DNA of 62,377 nt, counting the filler, from Basidiobolus ranarum (Eukaryota): NCBI GenBank assembly GCA_040143965.1. It is 4 parts of 4 records of this genome, joined end to end, with 100 filler letters (N's around TTAATTAATTAA, not from the genome) between each part and the next. Parts side by side here need not be neighbours in the genome. Positions count along the whole stretch, not along the records: positions 1 to 15,585 come from JASJQH010007249.1; 3 more parts are not named here. One strand, written 5' to 3'. The notes beneath the pieces were generated by a model that did no database searches, was not told where the DNA came from, and worked only from the letters and a program-made list of their open reading frames with translations. The number at the start of each line of letters is the position of its first letter. Within the stretch, counting starts at the first letter, position 1. Shown here one piece after another: positions 1 through 11,722 of the stretch. A program made the position numbers and the translations under genes.

Positions 1-14
1 GATGGATTCAATCG

Positions 15-983
15 ATGTCATCATTGTGGGAATTCAGTGCTATGTTGGAGCGAATGAGCTTTAATGAGGTGGATTGTACCAGGGGCAATGATTTACTGGA
101 ATTGACTCCATTTTTCAACGACTATGGTAAACTCGCGAAGGAATACGGCAGAGATAGCATAAGCTATGGAGAGGCTCTGATCGGATATGGACGTCCGCTG
201 AGTCTGACCAAGTTATTTGATAACTATAGTCGACTTGTGAATCATTACAACACAAGTGACATTCCAGTTTCTCGACATGATATCCTGCTGGTAGCTGGCT
301 TATCAGCAATCCAAGAATTAACAAATATCAAGATACATAACGACAATTATTTGGCTGATATGCTGGAAATGGAATCCAGGAATGGAGATAGTCAACTGAT
401 CAAGTTGGAGTTGACATGTGATAGCGATTTATCATCCTCAAAAGTAGAAATGATGGCGAAATTTATGGGAAGATTGAACTTGGAATATCTTGAACTGAGC
501 ATTGGCAATGATTGCAACGCCATACCGATATTACAGCAAATCAATTATTCATCACTAGTGACATTTAAACTAAGAGGTATGATTGATGAAGCAGCATGGG
601 AAGCATTAGACGATGGGTTCAGGAATTGCTCTATGATGGAGGATCTGACACTGTTGAGTCGCACTTCCGCGTATAAAGATGCCCTCCCACGTATCGTATC
701 CGGACTATCCCTTAAAAGCCTTCACACACTAAATTGCACAGGAACATCTGATGAGGAATGGGCCAACATGTTGCAATCCATGGATGTATCACAACTAACA
801 TATATTAATATTGCTTATTCACAGTTTGGCAGCAAGGCGGCCAAAACTCTAATTGATCGCCTGTCTGAAGCTAAAGCACTATCCCGTTTGATATTAATTG
901 GAACTGCAATATGTGAGACAGCCTATAAAAACCTCAACGATGCCATCAAAAAAAGTGAGCGAAACATATATGGATACATATAA
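15..983 (+). CDS. C-terminal part of an RNI-like leucine-rich-repeat protein, probably 5'-truncated by the window edge
   Basis: 322-aa ORF with LxxLxL periodicity (LEYLELSI, LVTFKLRG, LHTLNCTG, LTYINIAYSQFG, LSRLILIGTAI). Its C-terminus aligns by eye with the decayed copy at 2857-4325. Confidence 0.7.
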   Translation: MSSLWEFSAMLERMSFNEVDCTRGNDLLELTPFFNDYGKLAKEYGRDSISYGEALIGYGRPLSLTKLFDNYSRLVNHYNTSDIPVSRHDILLVAGLSAIQELTNIKIHNDNYLADMLEMESRNGDSQLIKLELTCDSDLSSSKVEMMAKFMGRLNLEYLELSIGNDCNAIPILQQINYSSLVTFKLRGMIDEAAWEALDDGFRNCSMMEDLTLLSRTSAYKDALPRIVSGLSLKSLHTLNCTGTSDEEWANMLQSMDVSQLTYINIAYSQFGSKAAKTLIDRLSEAKALSRLILIGTAICETAYKNLNDAIKKSERNIYGYI

Positions 984-2856
984 GCGTAGTCTCATTTCAG
1001 ATCACAATTCGGTACTGTAGGCATATGCTATCAGCATCATATCTCCACAACCATGTGATATAATAAAAACGTAAACTAGCGGTTCTTTAATCTATACGTG
1101 AATGGCTATAGTATCTACTTGTAGAGTTGTTTGAAGAATAGATAATACTGGTTTAGGGTGTTCTCAGCATATTTTCACATATGCATCCTTTTCCCATCAA
1201 CTCTAGTGACTGCATCTTTATTTTGCATTTGCATCAATTGGAGAAGTGGCAGTAAACCGTCTGATCTATCACCCCTCCCAAAGTGAGATAGTTTCCCATG
1301 TGGTCTTAGTAACAGAAACATGCATGAGCATCATACAGAGCTTACTCAATACAAAAACTTAAATCGACTATTGAGGCACTGTTACACGTATCATGATCGG
1401 TGTAATGCTAATCTGGAACATCGAGGTGTTGCGAACTTTCCAGATGTTTCAAGGTAGAGTGCATGTGGTAATATTGTACTGATTTATATACTACAATCTG
1501 AATTCAACATTCAATCCAGTTGACCGCAAACGTATATGCATACAACGTATTATATCAGATTGGATGAATCGGTTGGCGGCATGTAATAGCAGTCACAACC
1601 ATTCAGGCTGTTGCTTTTTTCAATAAAGTGGTACACTATCTTGTTTAAGCAAGTCCTTTCTGTAACCTCTTTTGTGCTTATTGTTAAATATCTGCTCAGC
1701 TTTTCTCTTTTATCATATCATTGACGATAAGCTTTGTATTTATTTGAACAATGACATTACTAGCACATTGCGTAAGTAGCTTTATGTATCCAGTATTGCA
1801 ATTGTGCGTACCACTAATAAAATCCTGTTACCATTCTGTAACAGGATAAGCAACTTCACTCAAAGAGGTTGGATCTAAGGAAGGCGGATTTTAACTTCGT
1901 GCTGTATCAAGTCATGAATCTACCAAAGCATTCGGCAACCCTGTTTAGAGTTGAAACAAGCGATAAACTGGCTGTATTTTGGAAATGACACCACAATCAA
2001 GTATTTAGCACGTTTGGAACAAGCGCAACTTCAAGAAAACTGGCGGAAAAACTTCTAAGCCCAGAAAGGTAGTATCTTGAATTGAATGATTCAATGGATT
2101 ATCAATGCACCATACAGTGGTTTGTAAGTTTAACCTATCTTCCTATAGATCCGGAATTTCATGGATTATTTTCAAAGAAGGTTCCATTTGTTATCCATGT
2201 TGTACTAGAACAATAATAATGAGGGCAAGACCACCACATCAGCTGAATTAAATTGCTTTTAAGTAACTCATTGGACCTTGGGTTGCCATACCCCAACTGT
2301 TCTATAGACATTTGCAACCGCTCACTCACTTCAATTTGGTTATTGGTACTTTGGTTCACCAGAACAGTACCAAATACCTAGGAAACTCTTGTCCAGATGT
2401 TAAGAACGTTAGTATGGTAAGCGCCTATGGATATCGGCCACAACTGTTGAAGAAAAACGATAGGTTCTACTGAGCGAAGTCGATTATTGTATTCCAGGAG
2501 CTTGTCGATAGAGTATGAGGAGCTTCCGATCCCATTTGTGCTTACACCAAGCTATGAACAGTAAGTTGTATTGTTTCCAGAGGGCTATTGAATTGTTAGG
2601 AATAGGAGTTTTGACGAATTAATTGGTTGAAATATTAAATTTCTGACTCACTATATCTCTAGTTCACATCCATGAAGGATCAAGTATCATCCAGATTGTG
2701 TACTTACCGTCACGTCAAAGATCAAAACAGTGGTTTCAAAAGAAGAGGCGATAAGCATTCAGATAATTTCGATAGTTGATGAGACTCTAGTGGCTAACGT
2801 TGGTGTTCTCTCTGTAACAAATATCTTGAGTAGGGATTCTCCAGTAAACAATAAAG

Positions 2857-4325
2857 GTGTATCTTGACGTTGATGGTAAGAAAGAAATTATGGCCAAAAT
2901 TCAAGAAGTGATTGAACAAAACAAGAAACTACACGGTCAAAACGAAAAGACCCATCAGCGTCTAGCCCTTCTTGATAGAAAAATGGACACTTTGTTAATA
3001 CAAAACTACGAATTACACGAGTTCCCTACTCCGCGAATGTTTATCGTCCTTCCGGTCAACAGGCACTCACCCAATCCAGCTGCCATTTTTACTACCAAAT
3101 ACCGTCTCTATTTCTTGTGTGAATGTGGAAAGCACACCGAATCCAAAACATCCAAGCCCAGTAGTAAGCATGTAACTCATATTGCACTTCATGAAGAGTA
3201 CGATATCTTAAAGCCAACAGAGTTCTATGCAAAATATGGTCCCCATATTCTCTATCTATTAAGAGCGCTTCGCTTAGGTCTTCAAGTTGCTAGTTAGATA
3301 TTGATAGAGCCCTAGAAAGGTGGATTGATGTGTCAAACAAAACTCTAGATGCATCCATTACATTTTTAGATTCAACATTGTCTAACATCCCTACTTCAAG
3401 TAGAATGATAGCACAAGAAGAGATTGATGAATTTGGCCAAGAGCTAGAGGCCTTAGAAGGAGCGGACTTGCGTCCTTTGGGAACGTTTATTAGTGGTAAT
3501 GACAAGTATAAAGTGCTTGGAAATCTGTATAGGATTGTCACAGAAAACGAACATGTAAAGTGGGTTTACTTGAGTCATTATCATACTGACTATATGGAAG
3601 CAGCTGAGAAACGGTTCAGAGATATTGTCCGTATCCAAAGTGGTGATTATGATGAACATTTTGGGGAAGTGGTGCTTACGTTGAAATCAGCCATATTGGT
3701 CGAAAAGTTTCCAGATACTATAGTTCACGCCAAACAGATACAAGAGTTGGATGTTAGATTTCAATACAAGTGGCAATCCTGTGTCATATCAAAGATCGCG
3801 TTAAGCAACTCAAGGAATGGGACAATTCGCTTGAAAAATTTGAACTGACATTGAGTGTCAATTCTTCAGTATTAGAAGTTGAAACAATCGCACTGTTTAT
3901 AAGCAGACTGAGGTTGACACATCTCTCACTTAGTACAATTGCTTGCAATGCCATACCAGTATTACAACAAATCGACTACTCATACTGCTAACAACATTTA
4001 CCCTAAAAGGAAAAATTGATGATGTGTGGGAAACGTTAGAAGATGGGCTAAATAAAAGTTCTATGGTACAGGAGCTGTACTTTCACTTATACAGATTCTC
4101 TCTCTATCATCATATCTGGACTATCTCTGAAGAGCGTGTTAACATACAAATGCAGAGGAATATCCGACGAGGAATGGGCTAGCACGCTATATTCCATGGA
4201 TATATCTCAACACTTCGTATTGATAAATGGCGATCTATAGTCTGATTGATCACTTACCTGAAGCTAAAGCCCTGTTACACCTGATACTATATAAAACTCC
4301 AAGTATCCATTTGGTGCTTTCATAA
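2857..4325 (+). pseudogene. Decayed paralog of the upstream LRR gene (coiled coil + LHEFPTPRMFIVLP/LYFLCECGxH domain + LRR)
   Basis: Coding sequence is broken over ORFs 2857-3297, 3330-3848, 3770-3991 and 3943-4182 in different frames with no splice sites to join them. 'CNAIPVLQQIDYS..TTFTLKGKIDDVWETLEDG' matches ORF1 'CNAIPILQQINYSSLVTFKLRGMIDEAAWEALDDG'. The ends are approximate. Confidence 0.75.
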
Positions 4326-7052
4326 AGGCATAAAATACATCATTTCACATCAACTGACCAGTAACTCCTATATTTACAATAACTCCTCATGTTAAAATAT
4401 GTTCCACAAAGCCCAAGTTTTCCCATAGATGTTATGTTTATTTTCTGCTCGCCTAATAAGATTTCAAAGTGATACTTCAATATTATTCGGTAATAAAGCA
4501 GTCATGCCATTGCTCAGCTTATCAGTTAGAATCAAACTCAAGGTGTAGGAAGACATTTTATGATAAAGATAGATAACTAATTTTTGTTTAGCATCGTAGT
4601 TAACTTTAGCTACAATACATATACCAGATCCTCCAACAGATAAGCAATGACATCTATTGTAGTGTGATCAAATTCTTGAAATATAGAAGCGCCTAACTAT
4701 TCATACAACTTGTTTAGCATAGTTGAGATTTACTTGGTTAATATTTAACAAGTATTATATATATCAGATATGTTCAAAAAGATATATATCTTTCAAACAT
4801 GTTCAAAACTCCCCAAGCTTTAACCCCTACTCCCTGAATAGCCTAGAAATACAACCTTTTCATTATTGGTCTTCCTTTTGAACATAAGCATAAATACTTT
4901 TCGATTCAATAAGACAAGCAGTGCAAATCACATATTTCTTCTAATTATACTGAGCACTTCCAATTCATCCCAAATACTGAAAACACTGATAACAATGTCA
5001 GTGCACTTGACAGTGTGATGTTAGATCCAGTTCAAACAAGTACTTACAATGTTCTAGTCTCAGTAGCCTTTACAATAATACTATTGTTTGCGAGGTTTAA
5101 ATAGGTTTATTTTTGAACACCTAAAGTGCTTAAATAGCAAATGCAAAGTGAGTATTTTCAGTGGGGCCTTGTGCTAGATAAGCGCATATCTTTTCTATGC
5201 TTTGTTTTGCTTGTACTCTGATCTCTTGTGTGCTACAAAAATAACTTCAAGACTCTTCCGAGTCTGTGATTGTTCGCTGCATCAGATAGGATGGATAGTA
5301 AATAATCAAGTAATCAGCTAAATCGGTGTACATAATTGAGCATACAGTAGTGCACAAGTCATTCTAGAAAGATGGTGTTTATATATTTATATATGGAATC
5401 CAAACCAAAATTGTTTCAATCCGATTTGAGTAATTTCCTTGGCCCGGGCCTGCGCAAATGTAAATGCTGTAGTAGCCGATGTGCAAACTCTTCAGCATTT
5501 CGATTTTATCTTCACTTCGCCACGCACCAGAGCAAATGAGCATGGAACCATTGTACCAAGAATCATGAAACCCATAGGAAATATTTAGTTGCTACGTATT
5601 TGCACGTATATGGTTGCACGTATATGGGCCAAAGGTTACGACACTGTTGCTGTATTAATATCATGGTTACTGTTAATTGTAATCACCGGATTATTGTGCT
5701 AACTTTCAATCTGTATCAATCACTAGATTAGACACGGTATTGGCAAACCGGAGTATTTACCTCTCTAGCACGACCATCACATTGTGGAAAAGTCCCGGTA
5801 CTTGTGTCGCTAGGATAGCGTTTGGATAGGGTTAGGATAAATCAACTAGTTTTATCGATGGAACATCGAAGCTAATGGAAAAAGTTACGGAGCTCTACCC
5901 GTTTTGGAAATAGAACATAATGCAACTAGAACACAGTGCAACTCGGAGTATTTTCGAACGAACCAACCGTATATATACCACACTGTTATCTTCTCACGAA
6001 GTTTACAGTATGAACATTAAGATCATGTGATATCGAAATGTCGCCTAAAGAAGTAATATTTCTAAAGGGAGAGTCGACCAATTATCTCATGCTAAAGATT
6101 TAACAATGTTTTCATATACGCATTATATTTGGGCTCATTGATAGCCCAAATAAGGTGGCAATTTAGCCAAGTTTGTAGCAACTTGCAATGCCTTCCACAA
6201 TAATCCACCCTTCAATAGGCCCGAATGAATGTAGAAGGTAGATATAGAGAGCGAATAAGCAGTAGACTTGAGTGACAGCGAACAACTTAGTACTAATAAA
6301 GATAGAATACAGTTACTTCGGTGCTTGAAGTACACAATACATCAAAGAATGTAGGTTGAATTGAGATACGGGAGACAGTTACTATGCTTCAAGGCAATAA
6401 AACTCGAGTACACTAACCACCCAAGTACTACCCATCCAAAGCACCATACGCGGTATGGCCATTGTGAATACTGCACCGATACTCACCTAATGTAACAAGT
6501 ATTAAACAGCTTAAAACGCAGCACAGCAACATATAAATATAAAGTAATCCAGTACATCCCACCATATTGACTAAGAGCGTTTGTCCTAACCCTAAGTGTG
6601 TACATTGCACACCATCTAACATGGATTGGGGCGAAATGCGTCATAGATAACAATTAATAAGGATACGCAATCTTGTTCGTTGTAGTCTCTGTGTCATTTG
6701 TTATGTCATCTGGTATGGGTTGGGGTCAGGATACTATAATCATAGTAGGTAGTAACATGAAGTTAGTAACATAGAGCTAGTAACATAGTAGCTAGTAGGA
6801 AGGACCGATTAGCATACTAACTTATTTCTAGGCTATTGTGCATTAGCTCATATGATGATAATTAAGATTAAACATTCCTATATATTTCTATATATTGTAG
6901 CTCAACTAGATATTAATGGACTTAGCTATAGGCTGTGCTCTCGCAATCATGTTACTCCAGTTCCACTCTGCAGTGATCGTAAGGCTTTTGTGGCACGTTT
7001 CTACCGAAGCACAGATACTATTTGAGTAAGATTAAAATTATTTTATTTTCAA

Positions 7053-7061
7053 TATATAAAA
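7053..7061 (+). promoter_or_regulatory. Candidate TATA box of the GPCR gene
   Basis: TATATAAAA lies about 130 nt upstream of ATG 7188. Confidence 0.4.
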
Positions 7062-7187
7062 GACTTGCTCTTTCTGAGCAGCAGCATCACCTATATCGGT
7101 CCCTTTATTACCACTTCCTTCTCTAGCGGTCACGTATATTACTATTCAATTTTCTAATCGTCACCTATTAGTGTAAAGAACTCTCAA

Positions 7188-8282
7188 ATGGCTGAACTGA
7201 CGCCCGAGCAGCACGAAGTTCTAGCTACACTAATCAAAGTATTTTGTCCTATATCAGCTATATGCTCATTGACAATAATTTTGATAGTGATGTATTTGAG
7301 TCGAAAATTCCCAAAAGACGCCAACAGAATTTCGTTCAGGTTACAGTTGGGCATGTGCTATGCAGATTTACTACTAGTCGCTACAGTACTAACTTCTGCT
7401 AATTTGCCAAAAAATAATCACTTAGACTTGGGGTGTAAGCTAACATTATTCGTATACATCTTCTCTTCGATCATGTTAGTGGCATTCGCTACATGTATTG
7501 CTTTGAACCTAATGTTGGTCTTTATCTTCAATCGTTTAACTCGCAATTTACAAAAGTACTACGTCTCTGCTTCATTGCTTCTCTCCGCTGCCTGTGCGGC
7601 TATCCCCTTGATCTTCAACAAGTACGGTTACGATGCCCCAACAGATGCCTGCTGGTTTTATGATCGTGGGTCAGTGCAAGAGCTAATCTGGGAATATGCC
7701 ACAATGTTCTTCTGGATAATTATTGGTATCTTATTTTGCTTGATCGTAGTGATTATTGTGGCCAGAAAACTCATCCAAGAGAGCAACAAACTTAGTCGAT
7801 CGCTGACACAGGAACCCAGCGAAATGGCCCCTGAACACACAAAGTATATCATGAAGCGCCGGGCCCAAGAAACATCGAAAAAGGTCCATCGAGCCGTTCA
7901 ACGAATTATTGGTTATCCCATGGTTCCTATTCTAACATATACATTTACCATTATAAATACTCTCTACTCATTCACCCCCGAAAAGCACAATTATGTCATT
8001 GATTTCATCAGAGTAATAACTTCTTCTTCACCTGGTGTATTCAATTTCATAGCTTTCATGATGGATCCCATGCTCTATAAAGCATATCAGCATTGGGTTG
8101 GTGGTCCAGCGGTTTCTGATGGGAAGGAAGAATGGCATGACTCTTTTGAGATGTCAAAGCATCCTAATAGCCAGGAGGATAGCTTCTTTCCTACGGATAG
8201 TAGCCCTATCATTACACTTGACGACGGCGAACAAGGTTATCAAAGTAGAGTAACTGTGGCCCAAGTGCTAGCCTCATGCTGA
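7188..8282 (+). CDS. 7-TM G-protein-coupled receptor, cAMP-receptor-like (Dicty_CAR/Git3-like), intronless
   Basis: 364 aa with seven hydrophobic segments. Motifs NRISFRL, C at the TM3 start, CIALNL, YGY..xCW in ECL2, RIxxYPxVP in TM6 and GxxNxIAFxxDP in TM7. Confidence 0.85.
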   Translation: MAELTPEQHEVLATLIKVFCPISAICSLTIILIVMYLSRKFPKDANRISFRLQLGMCYADLLLVATVLTSANLPKNNHLDLGCKLTLFVYIFSSIMLVAFATCIALNLMLVFIFNRLTRNLQKYYVSASLLLSAACAAIPLIFNKYGYDAPTDACWFYDRGSVQELIWEYATMFFWIIIGILFCLIVVIIVARKLIQESNKLSRSLTQEPSEMAPEHTKYIMKRRAQETSKKVHRAVQRIIGYPMVPILTYTFTIINTLYSFTPEKHNYVIDFIRVITSSSPGVFNFIAFMMDPMLYKAYQHWVGGPAVSDGKEEWHDSFEMSKHPNSQEDSFFPTDSSPIITLDDGEQGYQSRVTVAQVLASC

Positions 8283-10054
8283 GTATTCGTATTCCTAATA
8301 GAAGAATTAATACAACCTCTTAAACTCATCACTGTTGCTGATATTACCTCTTCTGGCCATTACTTGCATCCTACTATAATATAGTCAACGGGTTCCCGGC
8401 ACACATCAGCAGAATATTTTAAAGTAAAGGATCTAGCTCAGATATTATTGAGGATGAGGTTAAGCAACGAATCCATATACTATTTAGTCAATTCAATTCA
8501 CTCATAAATTTGCATATCTCCTCAAAAGCTCCAATGACTGTAACTTCCTGTAAATTCATTAAACATTGGTATTGATTTTGAAAGCCTGAATCACAGAACT
8601 GTGTCATAGCAACTATTTCTAAACTCGATTACCTAGTACTGATTTTCAATTCGAGCGTAGTCTCTTTTCGGCTTGGAAGGACTCGTCTTTGTGAGGAGAA
8701 AGAATAAGCACATATTAAGAAATATAATCGAGTACAGAATTTCATTTAACTTGTTTTGATGGGATACGCTCTTATGTCAACATTGAGAATTCTTTCCCAG
8801 TTAAAGATCACACTGGCCTATGTCATACAGATAATATCCGTCAAACAAAGCTCAGTGCAATTACAAATGAGATAAAATTCTTGAAGCATTTCCCGAGTGT
8901 CCAAGTCAGTCGTGGGCATATAGGGCCTATCACTAGATGATACAGAGGTGAATGAATTGTTTTGAGTACGGTTACAGCCACGAGCCAGATACATTTGTAG
9001 CATCTCTATTTTTGTTTTTGTGATATCTCCTTTCTACACCCCTCCATTTAACTCGCTCTGTAATTCGCGATACATTCATATGTCCCCACAACTTCATTGT
9101 GCTACCACTCATTTAGAACCGGGAAATGTGGGTTGCCAGTCATAACCACTTACTGATCCTTTGCTACCGTTCGGCGATGGGTTCATATTCGGTGATAAAT
9201 GGTAAGTTACCATTCTCTAGCTAACAGAAGATTGAGTAGATGGGAGAGTGCTATAAGGGAATAATGAGATATACTTAAAATAATAATAGAGAAATCAATG
9301 TGACTCAGGTAATGATTTCACCAACTTTTTATGAAACAAGCATATATGATGATGGAGCAGAGCATACAATGATGCAAGAATCGGCATATATACGACCTGG
9401 CTTGAACGATTGATAATATTCACAATATTGTTTAGCAACTTCCAATCATACTGTTTCTCATTGTAGTAAAGATTGTAGTTCAACGTTGATTCGCACTGCC
9501 ATAAGAGCACGCGAGATACGCCTTGGCCTTTCGCAAGAGTTCGTCTGCCTGCTTCTGGAAAGTGATGAGAAAGGCTTATCCAATCATGTAGATTGGAAAC
9601 TGAGAGAACGCTTCTGAATAGCCATCTATTGAGCCATGTTTGTTGGCAAGTTCTGTTACTGAATTCCTTCACTTGCCCAAATGTATGAATATCAACTAGA
9701 TACGTACTCGTTCTGCGCCAAAAAAGGATTTGCATACTGAATACTGTTTGCATCACTCCCGACGTAGCTCATCTCAAGCTCTTTGTTGGCAAGATCGCTC
9801 ACGAGTAATATATGGCCAAGATCTGCAGCCTCTGACGGTTGCTCCAACAGTACCGATTGGTTTTAGCTTGACTCCTAATCCAAGGAGGATTTCAATTTAA
9901 GTCCTGTTTCTCTGCTCGAAATTTAATCAATAATCCAATCTCCAGTTTTAGAACTGAAAGATAGCTTAGTTGCCTCTTTTCTCGTGCTCTCGTGCCAAAA
10001 ATTTGCCAATTTTCTCTATCTACTTATTCATACAGGTATTCTCATACTATCACA

Positions 10055-11250
10055 ATGACTTCAGCTCAAAAAAACAAACGCAACTCATAAGATAATAAAG
10101 ACCCTGGTTCTTGACCCTGATGCTTTTACGCCCGAAATGGCCAGACTTGCCATAACAGAAATTATGGAACAAAAGGCAACACCTACTCAAATGGCGGCCT
10201 ATTTAGTCTCTTTACGCTTACAACAGCTGGACCGTCGTCCCGAAATTGTTGCTGCCTGTGCCATAGTTATGCGCGACCACGCCTTGTATGTTGATTTTTC
10301 GGTGCATCCTCATCTTACTTCCTCTGTAATTGATATTGTTGGCACGGGAGGTGACGGTCACAATACGTTCAACGTATCTAACTCAGCCGCTATTATCGCT
10401 GCTGGAGCGGGGTGTAAGGTTGCCAAGGTAGTTGGGGTCAGCCCATATACGTTCGTATGATGCTTTACTTAAAATATCTTTACCTTGTAAATAGCATGGA
10501 AATAGGGCCTCTTCATCTAGCTCAGGATCGGCTGACTTATTAGAGTCATTGTCTTGTGTGCTTTCTAATGTGACGCCTGCTAGAGTCCCTGAGATCTTGA
10601 ATTCCAGTAATATCTGTTTCCTATTCTCTCAGATTTATCATCCTGCTATGAAGCATGTATCTGCGGCTAGAAAAGAGATTGGAGTACCTACAATATTTAA
10701 CATACTTGGCTCATTAAGTAACCCAGCCATTCCAGCAAGAATGGTTTTGGGTGTTCACTCACATTACCTTGGGCAGCTTATTGCTGAATCTTCAAAGCTC
10801 ATGGGAATTGAAAGAGCCTTTGTAGTCTCTGGATTCGAGGGATTAGACGAGATCAGTCCAGAGCTGGACACATATGTAAGATAAAAGCCCGTTGTTTTTT
10901 TTATGAAACAATAGTAGCATTTTCTTAAACCAAAGCTATGGGAATTAACCAACGGTGAAATCACTGAAAGAAAAATATCTCCCGAAGATTTTGGACTCTC
11001 TCGTCATTCTTTAAGCTTAGTCGCAGGTGGAGATTCCGTATATAATGCCAAGATATTAAACGATATCCTTAACAATAACTACGAGGGTCCAATTTTGGAC
11101 TTTATACTAATTAATACCTCTGCTTTGCTTGTGCTTGATGAGAAGGCTTCTGACTTTAAGGAGGGTGTTGCTTTGGCACGCGAAGCAATACGATCCGGTA
11201 AAGCTAAAGAGGCATTGAATGCTTTTGTTTTGGCTACTCAGTCTGCATAG
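10055..11250 (+). CDS. TRP4: Anthranilate phosphoribosyltransferase, 3 exons, with an apparent +1 frameshift near the start
   Basis: Motifs DIVGTGGDGHNTFNVS, AKHGNRASSSSSGSADLLE, YHPAMKHV, GLDEISP. Introns 10428-10494 and 10876-10935; stop TAG at 11248-11250. Confidence 0.93.
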
Positions 11251-11722
11251 AGATATTTAGCAGCTAGATTCCGGCATTTCGCAGGTAGAGCTGAATTTTA
11301 AATAAATCCGAATTTTGCAGCTGGATATGAGCACTTATTGTTTGGCATTATATATAAATGAAGCATTCACTAAGCACCTCTAATCAGCATCATTGATCTT
11401 AGCAAGCATGATAATTTTAAAAATAGAGTTACCCTTTAAGTCTACGAAAACAGCCAACAAAATTAGAAGTCTATTGCTAATTAAACTCTTCTACCAATCA
11501 CTACAAAGTTCCTTTAAATATTTTGTATAAGCAGTCTCTCTTAATAGTTCTCAGCCACCAACACCCCTATCCCCTCAAATCAATTACTCGTTGATTGGTA
11601 AAGATGTAGGGCTACCAAAAGTACCTCATGTGACGTCAGATAAGTGCAAACTTAAGAGCATTAAATACATTATTCTATCGGTTACCAGTAATCAAGAACC
11701 ATCCTTTGAAAAAAGCTGTAAA

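Noticed and set aside
9295-9860. 153-aa minus-strand ORF upstream of TRP4
   Set aside because: No family motifs and atypical composition; probably spurious or decayed.
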